Part shown: in pieces, positions 24,906-37,358 of the stretch
How the letters are laid out: every line of letters begins with the position of its first letter
Position numbering within the stretch: position 1 is the first letter of the stretch
NCBI GenBank assembly: GCA_973851085.1
Contig: OZ316776.1
Span: 8,556,001-8,620,000 of the forward strand
Direction: 5' to 3'
Source: Ptychomitrium polyphyllum
Lineage: Eukaryota
DNA: 64,000 nt
Notes under the pieces: model-generated
The model's input: only the letters and a program-made list of their open reading frames with translations
What the model was told of the DNA's origin: nothing
Databases searched by the model: none
Made by a program: the position numbers and the translations under genes

Positions 24906-26792
24906 ATGAAACAATAAAGAATAAAACAAAAGTGTGAAATAAAAGTATAAAATATAAAATAAAATTGGTGATTAAAGTTAGATTTTATAAATTAAAAAAA
25001 CCTTGTTTGTATGTAAATAAACTTTGTTTATATATAATCTGTTAGTTGATCACTTCATATACATAAATATAAATATTTTAAAAACAAATGATTACAAATA
25101 ATTAAAATCTTAATTAATGATATTATAATTGTTTAAAATACATAAAATTATATGATTTTAAACTTACATTTCATTTTTACATCATCAATTGTATTTTAGC
25201 AACTATGATTTTTAGAAATTTACAATAACTTACATTGAATGAAATAAACATATTAATTCAATATTTGGATATTATAACTTAATTTTTATTGAGTATTTTT
25301 AGGAATAAATTACATATCTATTTAAGCATGGGAATTAATATCAATTGATATTGTAAATAATATTTTAAGAATGTAAATTCATGCATGTAAAATTATTACA
25401 TAAGATTAATTTTGAATATGATATTCAATTATTCACTAATTGAAGAAACTTGTAGTAATTTATTTAAATGACTTCTTCAATACTTTCTAGTGATATAATT
25501 CAATTTAGTTAAATTACAAGTTGTCAAATTCATATTTTATCATTTTTATATTTAACATTTATTAATAATCTTTAGATTTATGTAAAAAGTGAAAAAAAAA
25601 TTATATTTATTAGTCTTTCTGTACTTATAAGACTTATTTTTTGTTTTCGTTTTTTTTTCATTGTTTTATGTTTTCATTTTTTCTTTTTAAAACGTTTTTA
25701 TTGGTTTTCTTGTTTTCTTGTTTAATGTTTTTATTTTTATCTTTTTATTTATATAATTGTACAAAATCCTATATTTAATACCATCACATCTTCCATATAA
25801 TGGCTCCCTTCTTTGTTATATGGTAACCTTTGAGAAAAGATATTAAAAGCAATACATGCTTCTTAGATCTTTGAAGCATATTCAATAGCATGATTCGAAT
25901 TGATTTTCTTACAATCATATATAGGCAAAAAAGCCTTGATCTTTATATACAAACATATAATAATTGTTATTTCATTCAATCAAATGATGGAAAAAATAAT
26001 TAAAAAAGATTAAAGACAAAAAAATGTCTTACTAAAAATATTAAAAATTTTATATTCTGCCAATTTATAATTATGTTTTAATAGATAGAAAGGTAATTAT
26101 GTTTAAACACAAAATTGCATTATTAATATTGAATCAATAATGAAAATGTCTAAAACTTGAAACAAATTTTTATTAATCAAACATTTAACTTAATGTTTAA
26201 ATATGATAGACATTTAATTTAATGTCCAAATATGAACTTCTTAAAGTTTAGAAATAAGTAATACATTTATTGGCCACTAATAAAGAATGAAAATTGGATA
26301 AAAACTATTAGAACATTGTTAGAACATAAAAGAAAGATTGATAAAGTTATAAACTCTAATGTTCAAAAGATAAACTTTAAGCTAAAATAAAGTTCAATTG
26401 TAAACTATTGATTAAAATTAGGATGTAATAATGATCATTGGATCCAACAATGAAATGTGTATATAGAAATCATTAAGTTTTGGCAGCATGACAATATACT
26501 CTTTAACTATAATTTTTTTTAAAAATAATTTCTCAAAAGGCTCATAATTAATTGAATAGCTGTTACATAGACTTTTAGTGAAAAGCATTTCTTTAAAATC
26601 ATTTTTTAATAGTTCTTAAAATAAGATTCAAGATAGAATCCTCTTCCTATCTATTTGGAATCCATCTCCTCAATCAATTTTTCATGGAAACTACATTGCT
26701 CCACAGTGGGTGTAGCAGTATTTAAAAGTAGCTATGTAGCAGGCCCAGTAGTTGAGAACCTTGTCATTTAATCCAGACTTGTTAGGAGTTCA

Positions 26793-26832
26793 AAAATAAA
26801 ATAAAATAAAATAATAGAATAGAATAGAATAG
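26793..26832. repeat. (AAAAT)4(AATAG)4 microsatellite
   Basis: Direct reading. Confidence 0.8.
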
Positions 26833-29199
26833 TCCTCCCTTGGAAAACCAAAACACCGAGGACTATCAAGATGGATTTCAGTACACACAGCACAGTTCAG
26901 AGATCCACAGAACTACTAGTAACCCAGACTTGTAATAATGGAGTTACCTTTTACTGGGTTTAAAAACTGCACCTTTCTCGGATAACTCTATCCATTGGTT
27001 TTTGCAGGTTTCATTGATCCTTAGTGTAGTTAAAGCATAATTTCTGTCCAGGATTTTTTCAGTTTTGCAAGTTTCCAGTATTTCCAAACGGTATGATTTT
27101 CCTGCCTTTGAATTTGCTGGAAACTTTCTAAACATCCATTTGATGATCTTTTTGAGTACCTGCTTTCACAAAAATAATTCCATTATTTAAAGGTACAATT
27201 CTACTGTTAAGATTTTATTTTAGAGAAGATTGAAGGATTTTTTGCATCAAGTCATAAATCAAACTCATGTGTTCATGTATTTATTGACATATGTCTTTAG
27301 TATAATTTATTGTTGATTTTTGATTTTTTAAAGAGAAAGTAAGTTGTTTCAAGTATTAAAGAATGATATGTTTCAAGCCTTGAGGTCTTAGACATATTTT
27401 AGAAAAGTATAAAGTTATATATGAAATTGTCTATTCATAAGTAATGTTAGACAATGTACAAATCCATGAACATTAAGGTACTAAAGTAATCACAAGATTC
27501 TTTAATTGTATGACCCTACACCATAATTAACAATACTAAAATACTATTTCATTTCTTTTCCAAGTTATAAATTTGGGTACAATAGAATAATGGCTCAAGT
27601 ACTATAAGGTCATGTTGCTAAAGAATGTTATCTTTCTACACCCTTTTTAGACTTTTTTTAAGGAAATTCTTATAAAAACAGTCATCTTAAGTTACATGAT
27701 TGTTTTATAATCTGTAAAGAGCTTTTAACTTTTTTATGATTGAAAAGAATATTGAACAATTGCAAAGCTCTTTGAGGTGCATGTGCATGTTAGGATTACT
27801 TATAAAATCACCATTCTTTCAATCAGATTCTTAAAAACAATTCACTTCATTTTTAATATGGTTGGTGTTCATAATAGAAGCATATGTTTTAATGCCATAA
27901 AGTTTCATTCTCTTAATTGAAGTGCATATATCAAAGCATGCATCTTGAATCATTTATTCCGTTTTTAAAATAAAAAGGGTGGGTTTACAAATATTTCTAT
28001 CATTTATATGTTGTTTATTCATAGGTGATAGTATAGTTATATAGAAGATTAACCTTTATGTAATTATATTAATAAGATATAATTTGACTCATATGAACTT
28101 GTGATTGGTTAAGACCTCTTAAATTCTATGTAAAACTATAATTTTTTTAGCAAATTAATGGAATTGTAATGCAATTTCAATAGTATATACAAACCACTTC
28201 TAATTAACATGCTACTGATTTACAATTGCCTTCAAGTAGCATACAAATAATTTGCCTTTCTTTCTAAAGTACAAATACAAAGAGTAGTAAGTAGCTTTCT
28301 AAGCTAGTGTAAGTTACTTATGCAAGCCAAAATAAATATTTGGAATTTCTTCATTAATTCAATATTGAAAACAATACTAATAACTTTGTAACGACCTTGT
28401 TTCTTTCAACGTGCACAAAAAGTCCTATATGCAAGAAAATCAAAGAAAAGACACTAAAAAGTATAGAAATTGTATATACTAACAAAAATTTGATTTGTCT
28501 AAATGTGCCAAGAAGATTTGAAATGTTTAACTTTGGATGTAAATTTGTATATGGAGCTTTAGTCTTAGATTATCTTAATCTCTAATGTGTTGACCATTAC
28601 GCAACACTCTATAAATTTGGTAATTGCACTAGCACCAAATTGGGTCATTTATTCACACAATTGCATAGACACATTTTTGGCTATAATACTACATGAACAA
28701 ACCACACCATACTAGCACACAATGAAATGTATTCATTAAAGGTAATAATACCATAAAGAGTAAACAAAGTGAACTCCACATGTAAAATAGTCTCAAAAAT
28801 AATAAGGAATACAGTTTGTATCACAACAACCCAACAATACAAGAGAGGCAACATCTCTAAGGGCATTGCTCCACTAAATATTTGTCTAGCCATACTATGG
28901 TATGGCGGGACTGAGGTTTTCTCGGAGCATGTCTTGGTGTCAATTGGTTTCCATGGCAACGTGGCTTCTGTGTTGACATAACTTCAGCGTCCCCAGAGTG
29001 TGTGAAGTGAAGTAAAATAAAGTGATGAAGTGCTGTTGCCGCAAGTGAAGTGTGAGCGGCTTGATCTCTGGCCTGTTCCCTGGAGCGTCGTCCTAGTGAG
29101 TGCGGCACGCATTCAACTTTTGCGGTGCTTGCTGGAAGAGACGGGGTGCTCGACTGGTCTACCACATTTCGGTTTTAGGTACTCTTCCTCTCGTCTCAG

Positions 29200-30767
29200 A
29201 TACTCTCACGCACGACAACGACGTTCGCGTCTTGCGACACCTAAGCGATTGCATGGGCCAGTTCGTCATCGCAGCTGTCATTAATATTAGGTTCAACCTT
29301 CACCTACGCAATGATTCAAACGAAGTATATTTACAAGCGGATTACGATCTCGCTTAGTATTGGCTATTGCAAGAATCTGTATAGCATCTGCACTGGTGCT
29401 GATGTGGCTTGGTGTTGGTGTGGGTGAGGGCTTGATGATGTGTATTTGTCTTCTTTGTCTTTTTGTCCTCAGAGTTAACGGAACTGACGCTCGGATGTTC
29501 TGTCGAGATTGCCCTATCCGGAACTATCATAACCTTGATATTGAATGCTGTAAAGTTGTCCCATGATTCATGCTGAAAGTTGACCCATCTCCACCTGATC
29601 AAGCAAAATGGTTAAAATGTGATGATTCGTCAAGTCTTTCTTTCGTTCATGCCTTTGCAGTCGAGTGATTTCGACTAGCTCAGGAGGCTATCTTAACTTG
29701 AAGACGTACTTTTAACACCACCAAAGTTCCGATGCTCTCAAAGTTGCGATGAACAATCAATTTATTCCTCATGCTTAACGTAGTCATTCATTAGAGAGAT
29801 TTGTTACCTTGATCTTACTTGGCTTTTAAAACTTGCTTCCAAACCGTAAGCACCAATCATTTGGAGTCGATCTAAAAGCTTCGAACCCAAAAAAGATGCC
29901 ACGTTGTCTTTTATCAATATCTTAGTTGAGATGTGTAGTCATTTAGGATGTGTAATCTTTTGATTCTCCTGCTGTTGATCATTAACGGCTGTATGCTTGA
30001 TGAATGGAAGTCTGAATTGCTGAACTGTTTTCTTCTTGATCTTGTTTTCAAAGATGGATGTTGTGAAAGCTGTGTTTCAGAGGCAGCAGAAGTACTTCAA
30101 CGTTTATTTGGACGAGATCATAAAGAAAATGTTGGACATAGTCCTTAACAACGAAGCTGCTGCTAAGGCCTACTTCAACACTTAGGCTAAAATTATAGCT
30201 AAGTAAGTTGTCAGGCATTGTCATTTATTTATGTTTTTAATCTCCTTCCGAAAGTTGGACTTGTGTAGTACAATTTATTTGAAACAGGGTTCTTTATCTC
30301 CTTTTTGTTCATGTTCGTGGTTTGGTAACAGCTCCAGAAAATCACAATGCTTGAATGCAAGCAGCTGCTGCTGCTAGATGTACAGGGACTTCTGTAATTT
30401 AGCTTAGCTGAAAAAATAGAATCAGACAAGGTATGCATGCTGCCAATCTCGACAAATTAACCCTAAGGTTTATGTAACCATGTACTAGGTATGTATGCAG
30501 TAAGAATTTGTACAGGCCACTTGTAGTTGTCAAGTCTATGTTTGAACTGTATGCATCCACCTCTTTCTTGACAAGAGTGTAATATCATGAGCATAAGGCT
30601 CTTGGCCTTGCAGGATTGATGTATTGTTGTGAGCATTGCTCTTGGCCTTGCCATCTGGGATGGGGAATCATAAATTACAGTTGGGAAGCCTAGTAAGAGG
30701 ACTGATAAAAAGCTCATTCTAATTCATGAGTATCCAGAAGCTACCACCATAGCTAATATTGCTGAAG
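29200..30767 (+). pseudogene. Putative decayed multi-exon gene or spliced lncRNA, unidentified
   Basis: Run of pyrimidine-tract/AG...GT bounded blocks (29200-29290, 29473-, 29661-29705, 30081-30201, 30331-30430, about 30614-30767). The first two join in frame (..VIAAVINIR|VNGTDARMFCRDCP..). The fourth reads RQQKYFNVYLDEIIKKMLDIVLNNEAAAKAYFNT*. Later blocks contain stops. Confidence 0.3.
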
Positions 30768-32639
30768 GTAATAATCCTTGACTTGCCAAATGTTTGATTT
30801 AGAAGCCTGTTATTTCATCAATACATGTATGATTGTCTGTTGCCTATGATACCTAGGAAGATGTATAGAATTTGGAAGGCATATAGGGGTTTTACTTTAA
30901 TGAGATGTTGAAGTAGTGGATTGAGGAAGGAGTGAAATTGTGCATCTGCACTTAGTAGTCCTGCTTCATACTTTCATCTGATGGTTGCAGCGGAAGAAAA
31001 TGTTTGAAAGAGAAGTTGCAGTGTTTGTTTCTTCCTCTGTTGATACATAGCACAGTTTTGGCCATCAACCAAAGTGTTGAAGCTTACAAGAATGCAGCAG
31101 ATTAAATGTTGGTGTTATCATTTAGAAGAATGCATTTTTATTGGTGTTGTTTATGCTCTGTTAATACCTGCACAAAGTCTTCCCCATGTGTGGGCTTTTG
31201 AATAAAAGGAGGGCACAACTACCGAGTCTCTGAAGACAAGAATTTTGTTATGGAGATGGAGATGACCAGTCCAACCTTGTCACACATCCTGGCCATCATA
31301 ATTTTGAGGAAGGGAGAGGTTGATCCCAGAGAGGCCTACCAATATCATTACTTCTAATAGATCTCTGCCCCCTTCTGCTCACAAGAAAGCACACTCTGAC
31401 CTGATATGGGTTAAAATGTGGTTAAATATGAGCATTTGTGCGTGTATTGCTATTTTAAATATGCAATTAGATAAATGATGATATAATGTTATATTGATTT
31501 ATATAATAGTTGTATTAGTTGAGAATTAATCATGAAGTTGATCACAAAGGAATTTAGTTGTAGTTTTTAGGATATAATTTGTATACATATAGAGAATTAT
31601 TACATTTATCAAAGGTTTTTTTAAAAAAAAGTTTTAAAACTAAAATTTTGAACATTAGGATAAAATTTAAAAAATACTATTATATTGCTTGTTTAGACAC
31701 ATTATTGCATTGGATTTAATGTCTAGCATGGTTTTGTATAGGTTATAAAAGAAATAGAGGGGAAATGTTTATTTACTAGTTGGAAACTTGTGCTTTAATT
31801 TATGAATCCCTTGTTTGAATTAAAGCAACCTTTCATATAATCATTGCCTATATTTGTCAAATTTTAAAGTTGAGTCTTCAATTACTTGAACAAGAATAGG
31901 AACAAGGATACTAATTACTTATTGTATAAAAAAATAATATCCTTAGGAACTTCATTACTATTCTATTCTAAGAATATACAAGCTTTTACATTACACTTAA
32001 TGAAATAGATATGTACATTAGTAGATAGGAATATAAGAGAGGAGTTTAACTTTTCTTTGAAAATTCATCTTGAACATATGTGTCCTTTTTCCTTTTATGC
32101 AATTATCTAAAAGAAATATATTACTCTTTCAAGATTCTATTCTTCTTATAAACTTTGAGTTCAAAAATATTTTCCAAATTCCAAATCCAAAATATATTTT
32201 CTTGTTGTTTGTTAGGCTTCATCGGGCCTCAGCCTACCTCTGAGCAAAGCTGAAAGAAGGGCGTAGCACTAGCTTATCATTGCGTCCCTTAAAGTTTCAT
32301 GGTATTATATAAGAAAGTATGCCCCTTTAGTTTGTACTAATGTCTTTTTCAAAAAAAATGCCTTGAAAAAGTATCTTGATTACTTTAGAAGATTCTTAAA
32401 CCTTTAAAAATTTGCTAGATTCCAACTTTCATCACTTCCGCAGCCTTTTTCCAAATTGTATCTAATAGGCTAGGTAGCAATTTCTTTCAAATGAGCTTTT
32501 AATTCCAACCACCTACATTGTCTATCTTTTGATGCTCTCTCTTGCTCTCTTCCTAACTCTATTGTAAAACCTATCTTTCTTTTGCTATCATTTATCATGG
32601 ATAATTGGAAAGGCACAATGTTTGTGTAGATCCAACCAA

Positions 32640-33350
32640 GTATCTTGCCATGGAAGATTCAATCCAAGTATTGTGCCGTGGAGGACGATGTGCCTGTTAA
32701 CTAATACTAATCAAGAGGAAGAGGAGTTAGAGAAGAGTCGACCAACCACAATTACTACAACCAACAATGACAATCACAGCCTGATGGTACCGTTTGCTGT
32801 GGAGCCCGATAAGCTACTATTTGAGATATATAAGCTGCCTGATTTGCACAAGGATGTAAAGATGGCAACAAACTAGCATGGAAATGACAAGACAACCAGT
32901 CTCATTCTCAATTCAGAAGACCACACCACCTTCTAGCCTGCTGATCAACAGAAAATACAGCAATTTGTCCACTCTTCACAAATCCTCTCAAATCACAATG
33001 AACAAAAACATTCTGTTGGACAACCTGTCAAACTTATTTGTCATGTGTAGATGAATCAAGTTGGAGTACTACAATCAATATGTTGATGTTAGTGCTCCTT
33101 ACACTAAGGCTTTATGAAGACAAGCTTATTTATACTGTCCTACAGTACTAAAATACAATTCACCTAATTATTTGCACTCTGATGCAACCCAAGAGCTTGT
33201 TATGCTGTGCACTGAATGCATGCTTGTCACAACAGTCCACTACCTTATGGACCCTTATGAAGGAGTACCATAGCAAGTTTGTCACATCCTTCACAATGGT
33301 TTTCATGTTTTCTGAAAAACAGAGCTCAACAAAATGAACATCCTCCAAAA
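32640..33350 (+). pseudogene. Possible decayed coding relic, unidentified
   Basis: Protein-like frame (NQEEEELEKSRPTTITTTNNDNHSLMVPFAVEPDKLLFEIYKLPDLHK...) broken by isolated TAG stops, in a GC-richer island flanked by AT-rich DNA. No family recognised. Confidence 0.2.
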
Positions 33351-36300
33351 TTCCTCTTTTTTTTTTTTATTTAAACTTACATATTTTAAACAAATTTTGT
33401 TATTAAGTTTTCAAATTTTATTAGTTACAAAATACTATGTAATTATAATAATAATCTTTAATAGAATGGACCTACAATAATGGATTTCAAATTTACATTT
33501 TAGACTCAAGGTCATCCCTTTAAATAATATAACTATCCAAATTCTCTATTAATTAGTTGAAAATGTAATTTGTTCTAATTCAATCCTAATTTTTTTGGAA
33601 TTTATAAATGATTATAATTTTTTTAATTGGTAGAAAAGAAGTACATAACCACATAATATATTGAAGTTTAAATCCTTTTCCTTAGATGTAATTGACAATT
33701 AAAAAACAACTTGGTGGATGAAATTTATCTATTTTATATGTTGAATTAAATTTGCTCAAAGTAATAGTTAGATACTGAAATCTTAATTCCATTTTTTGTT
33801 AATTCAAATAATATACCAATTTTCTATTAACGTGATTTTGAAATAAATAAATGAAAAAATAAGTGGTCTCTTGCCAAACTCGACCCTTATATTTTTAGTG
33901 TAGGGTGTAGCGCATAGGTCACCCTAAACACTACTTTTAGTGTGGTGAAGTCTGAAGGTTGCAAGACTGTGAAGTTGCAAGCTAGCCACTGCGAGAATGT
34001 GGCAGTCCCTTAGTGAACCCGAGCGTTGACTACGATTTCAGAACATACCTACTCCCTCTGCCAAGTCTGTCAACATTTAAACTGGTAGGTACTCACGTCC
34101 AGGAGCTTCTCGAATCTGCACTCTTCCCTTAGCACGACTCCCAGTCATCTTGACTCTTGCAAGCTAGTGCTGAGACTAAGATAGTGGTGTAATCCTACAC
34201 TACTTTTTGAAAGTAACATAGATGTACTAAGATGTAGAGCTGTGACTGGATTATAGAAAATATAGTATTCCATGCACACCAACAGGCTTCAAAGCAGATC
34301 CTAGTTCGTCTCCTGCATTCTCAACTTGGCACTGCAAACTCGGTGAGATCACCCACTCGACGAAGCTACACGGTAATTTCCATATACGACGAAGCTACAG
34401 CATGTGAGAACGAGTTTATTTTGTTTTGCTTGTCTGCATATTTTATATTCCGTAAATTGTGAAGTTGATAGAAGTGTTTGTGGTACTGAAAAAAGCTCGC
34501 AATAAGAAACTACAACGTGGTGGATATGAATTCTCATAATTGTTTCAATTCAAAAACATCAAAAACTTGAAAAATCAGATAAAATTCAAAAGTTTCTATG
34601 GCTACCATGATTAGACTAATGACAAGCCATACTAATCCTTATAGTTTAAAAGATCTTTCATGATACAATCTACATGATTTTCCAAAATATTCTTATTTTG
34701 TTTTTAAAGCATACTAAAAACCTTTTTAAACAATGTAAATTTCTTATTAAATATGTGAATAAGATCTTATTATCTAATTACATTATTTTTCACTTTTGTG
34801 CTAGTTCTTGCCTTAAAATTGTAAGATTTTATAATCTGGTATAAAGAACCATAATCCATACTATTATAGTTCATTTTATTTTGAGGTGTTATCACTTCTT
34901 GCAAGTTTGAAGTAAAATTAAATACTTAGCAATTTTTATTGAAGACAATTAATTTTGAATTAAAATAAATCAACCTTTATTTATTGCAATAATTAAATGC
35001 AACATTTAAAAAACTACAAACAAGCTATAATGTATAGATATAAGAAGGTTTCACCTAATAGACCATTCTATCAACCACCCAAATAACAACTAAGATCCAT
35101 TGCTTGATCTTGCAGAATTATCTTGATTCCACTAAAAAATCACAATACACTATTTTTGTTTTTTCCATGATTTTCTTCTATTGCTTCCATATAACTATAT
35201 ATATGTTACTACCACCTTTTGTTACTTTCACTTAATCACAATGCTTCACTATTAACATTCAAAAAACCATTGAACATCAAATTATCGATGGAAAACACAC
35301 AATCTTTAGAAAATAGTTGGAACTCTAGATAATTAATCTAATCCTACAAAAGTATTATAGTGCAATTATATCAAGTCTAGTCATTCAAAGAATTTGGCAA
35401 AATAATTTACATGGTAATTGCAAAGTTGGTGAAGAAAATTTCTAATGAAGGCAAAATTATACCTTAAATAGAATTTTCTCACCTTGTATTTCTAGAGTGT
35501 TTTTTCTCCATTAGTATTAGTCCTTGACAATTTATAATACAAACATGAAAACACTTCCAATTTAGGGAAGTGGTTGAAGGAGCATTGGACACGTATAGTA
35601 AACTAAAGGTTGGCTTGAGAGAGCTTGGTTAGCTTTTGAAGAAGTCTAGAGTAAGAGGCTCCCTAACCAAGCTTTGTCATTGCAAAAGCTCCTCTTTGGT
35701 TCATTGAAACACACTTTGAAATGTGAATTTACTCCTTTTTATTGTAAAAGAGTTTCAATATGTGATTTGCAAACTTTCCTATTTGAGGAAGACCTAACAG
35801 ATGACTCCAAAACGTCATCGAATTTAGCAAAGTCAGACCAACATGAAGTATTAATTTTTAACAACCTCCTTCAGGAGAATACTGTTAGTCTAACTTTGAT
35901 CCCTAAGCTCCATGATGAAAGAATTTGAGGTCAGGAGGAATTTTGGATATGTTGAATTTGATATATCAATTCAACATATGAGTGCACTCAGCTTGGAGTT
36001 GCTAACAAGCTGCTACCACTACTACATATTTTCCCAAAACTTCTAACAACTTGCTGCAGAAAGCTACACTCCAAAAATTGAATTTCTGGTGTAAGTTATG
36101 GTGCAGCTGCTTGATTGATGTGACTCTGCACATCCAATATCCATGCATTATCATAGAAATTTCAATGCCAAACAGTGACAGAGTAGGTTTGTAACACCTT
36201 CCATTATGCTATTGTCAGGCAACTCAACAGCCTAATGAAAGGTCCTGCATATTGTCCGTGGACATGCCACTACATGTAAGCCATGTGTGAACAACTTCAT

Positions 36301-36852
36301 ACCGCATATTAGCCAGAACTACAACAGCATGCATGTGAGGAGCCTCCCTAGTTTTGCAAGTCAGATTTTCATGATTTTGCACTTTTCCAGGCCTTCATGT
36401 CTTTGTCATGTCTGAGTAATTTGATCCTAATCGACACACCAATGTTGCCTACGTGTTCACTCTAACTCAAATCTTGACCACTTAAAGATCAAATCACTAC
36501 AGCACCTGTACACTTGAGCTAGGGTGTGAACATGCCAACTTGAAACAGTAGGTTTACAAACCCAAGCTTCTCTCCACAGCAGTTACTGTCCAACAGGAAA
36601 ATATTAGATGCAAGATATTACACTCAGAACCAGGTTGACAAATAGGCGAGATAGAATAATGAGAAGTTGGAGACATTAGTTGGGAATAAACCTAAGTGGC
36701 CGCTGGCATTGATATATACAAGGAACGGTCAACCCATCTGAGGTCTCTTACTGAAGCCCGCCCTCAGGTAGCTACTTGGAATGATCGCCGTCGCCGTTCA
36801 TAATTGAGCACCGTTCGTCGTCTCTACAGCACCCGACGGAGACCCTCAACTC

Positions 36853-37358
36853 CGTCAAGCTCCCCCCAAAGTCCCCGCCACTGCTCCCTTGCGGCTACCT
36901 CCTCCCCCACCATTCGTCCATCGTGCGACGAAGACCGCCAAGAGCTCGTCCTTACCACTCAAGCTCCCGTCTTCGTTCCCCAGCACCTGGCAAGGGGTGC
37001 ACACCTAAAACCGTCACCCCTCACAAATCAACAGCACCTACCGCGAGAGATTTTTTCACTTTCAATTATATACAAATACCATCGAGAAAGTGTGCTTCGG
37101 ATATACTGACTGTACAAGGGGATAACATTCTCTACGGATTACGTAGATTCAAAACGCAATGTTTTCCACTGTACACCATGTTGATTTGGGTACAGTGACA
37201 GTTTTATATATGCACCCCTTGCCAGCTGCTGGGGAACGGTGACGGAAGCTTGGGTGGTGAGGACGAGCTCTTGACGTTCTTCGTCAGATGATGGACGAAT
37301 GGTGGAGGAGGCGGTAGCCGCGAGGGAGCGGTTGCGGGGACTTTGGGCGGCCCTGACG
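36853..37358. ncRNA. Long inverted repeat (arms 36853-37033 and 37179-37358); candidate hpRNA/MIRNA precursor
   Basis: The arms are reverse complements: 127/147 identical over the gap-free core from 36862 (manual count), with a loop of about 145 nt. A GTAAGT donor follows at 37358. The repeat is certain; RNA function is inferred. Confidence 0.6.

Noticed and set aside
29430..29604. Possible C/D-box snoRNA (TGATGA...CTGA with GCTTGA/TCAAGC terminal stem)
   Set aside because: The stem overlaps the C box, the length is atypical, no rRNA-antisense guide was recognised, and it straddles a predicted acceptor.
29677..29687. AGCTCAGGAGG match to the 5' half of miR390 (MIR390/TAS3?)
   Set aside because: Only 11 nt match; no hairpin and no second site.
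33897..34202. Possible MITE with TAGTGTAGG/CCTACACTA termini
   Set aside because: The inverted match is only about 9-10 bp, with no convincing TSD and a single copy in the window.
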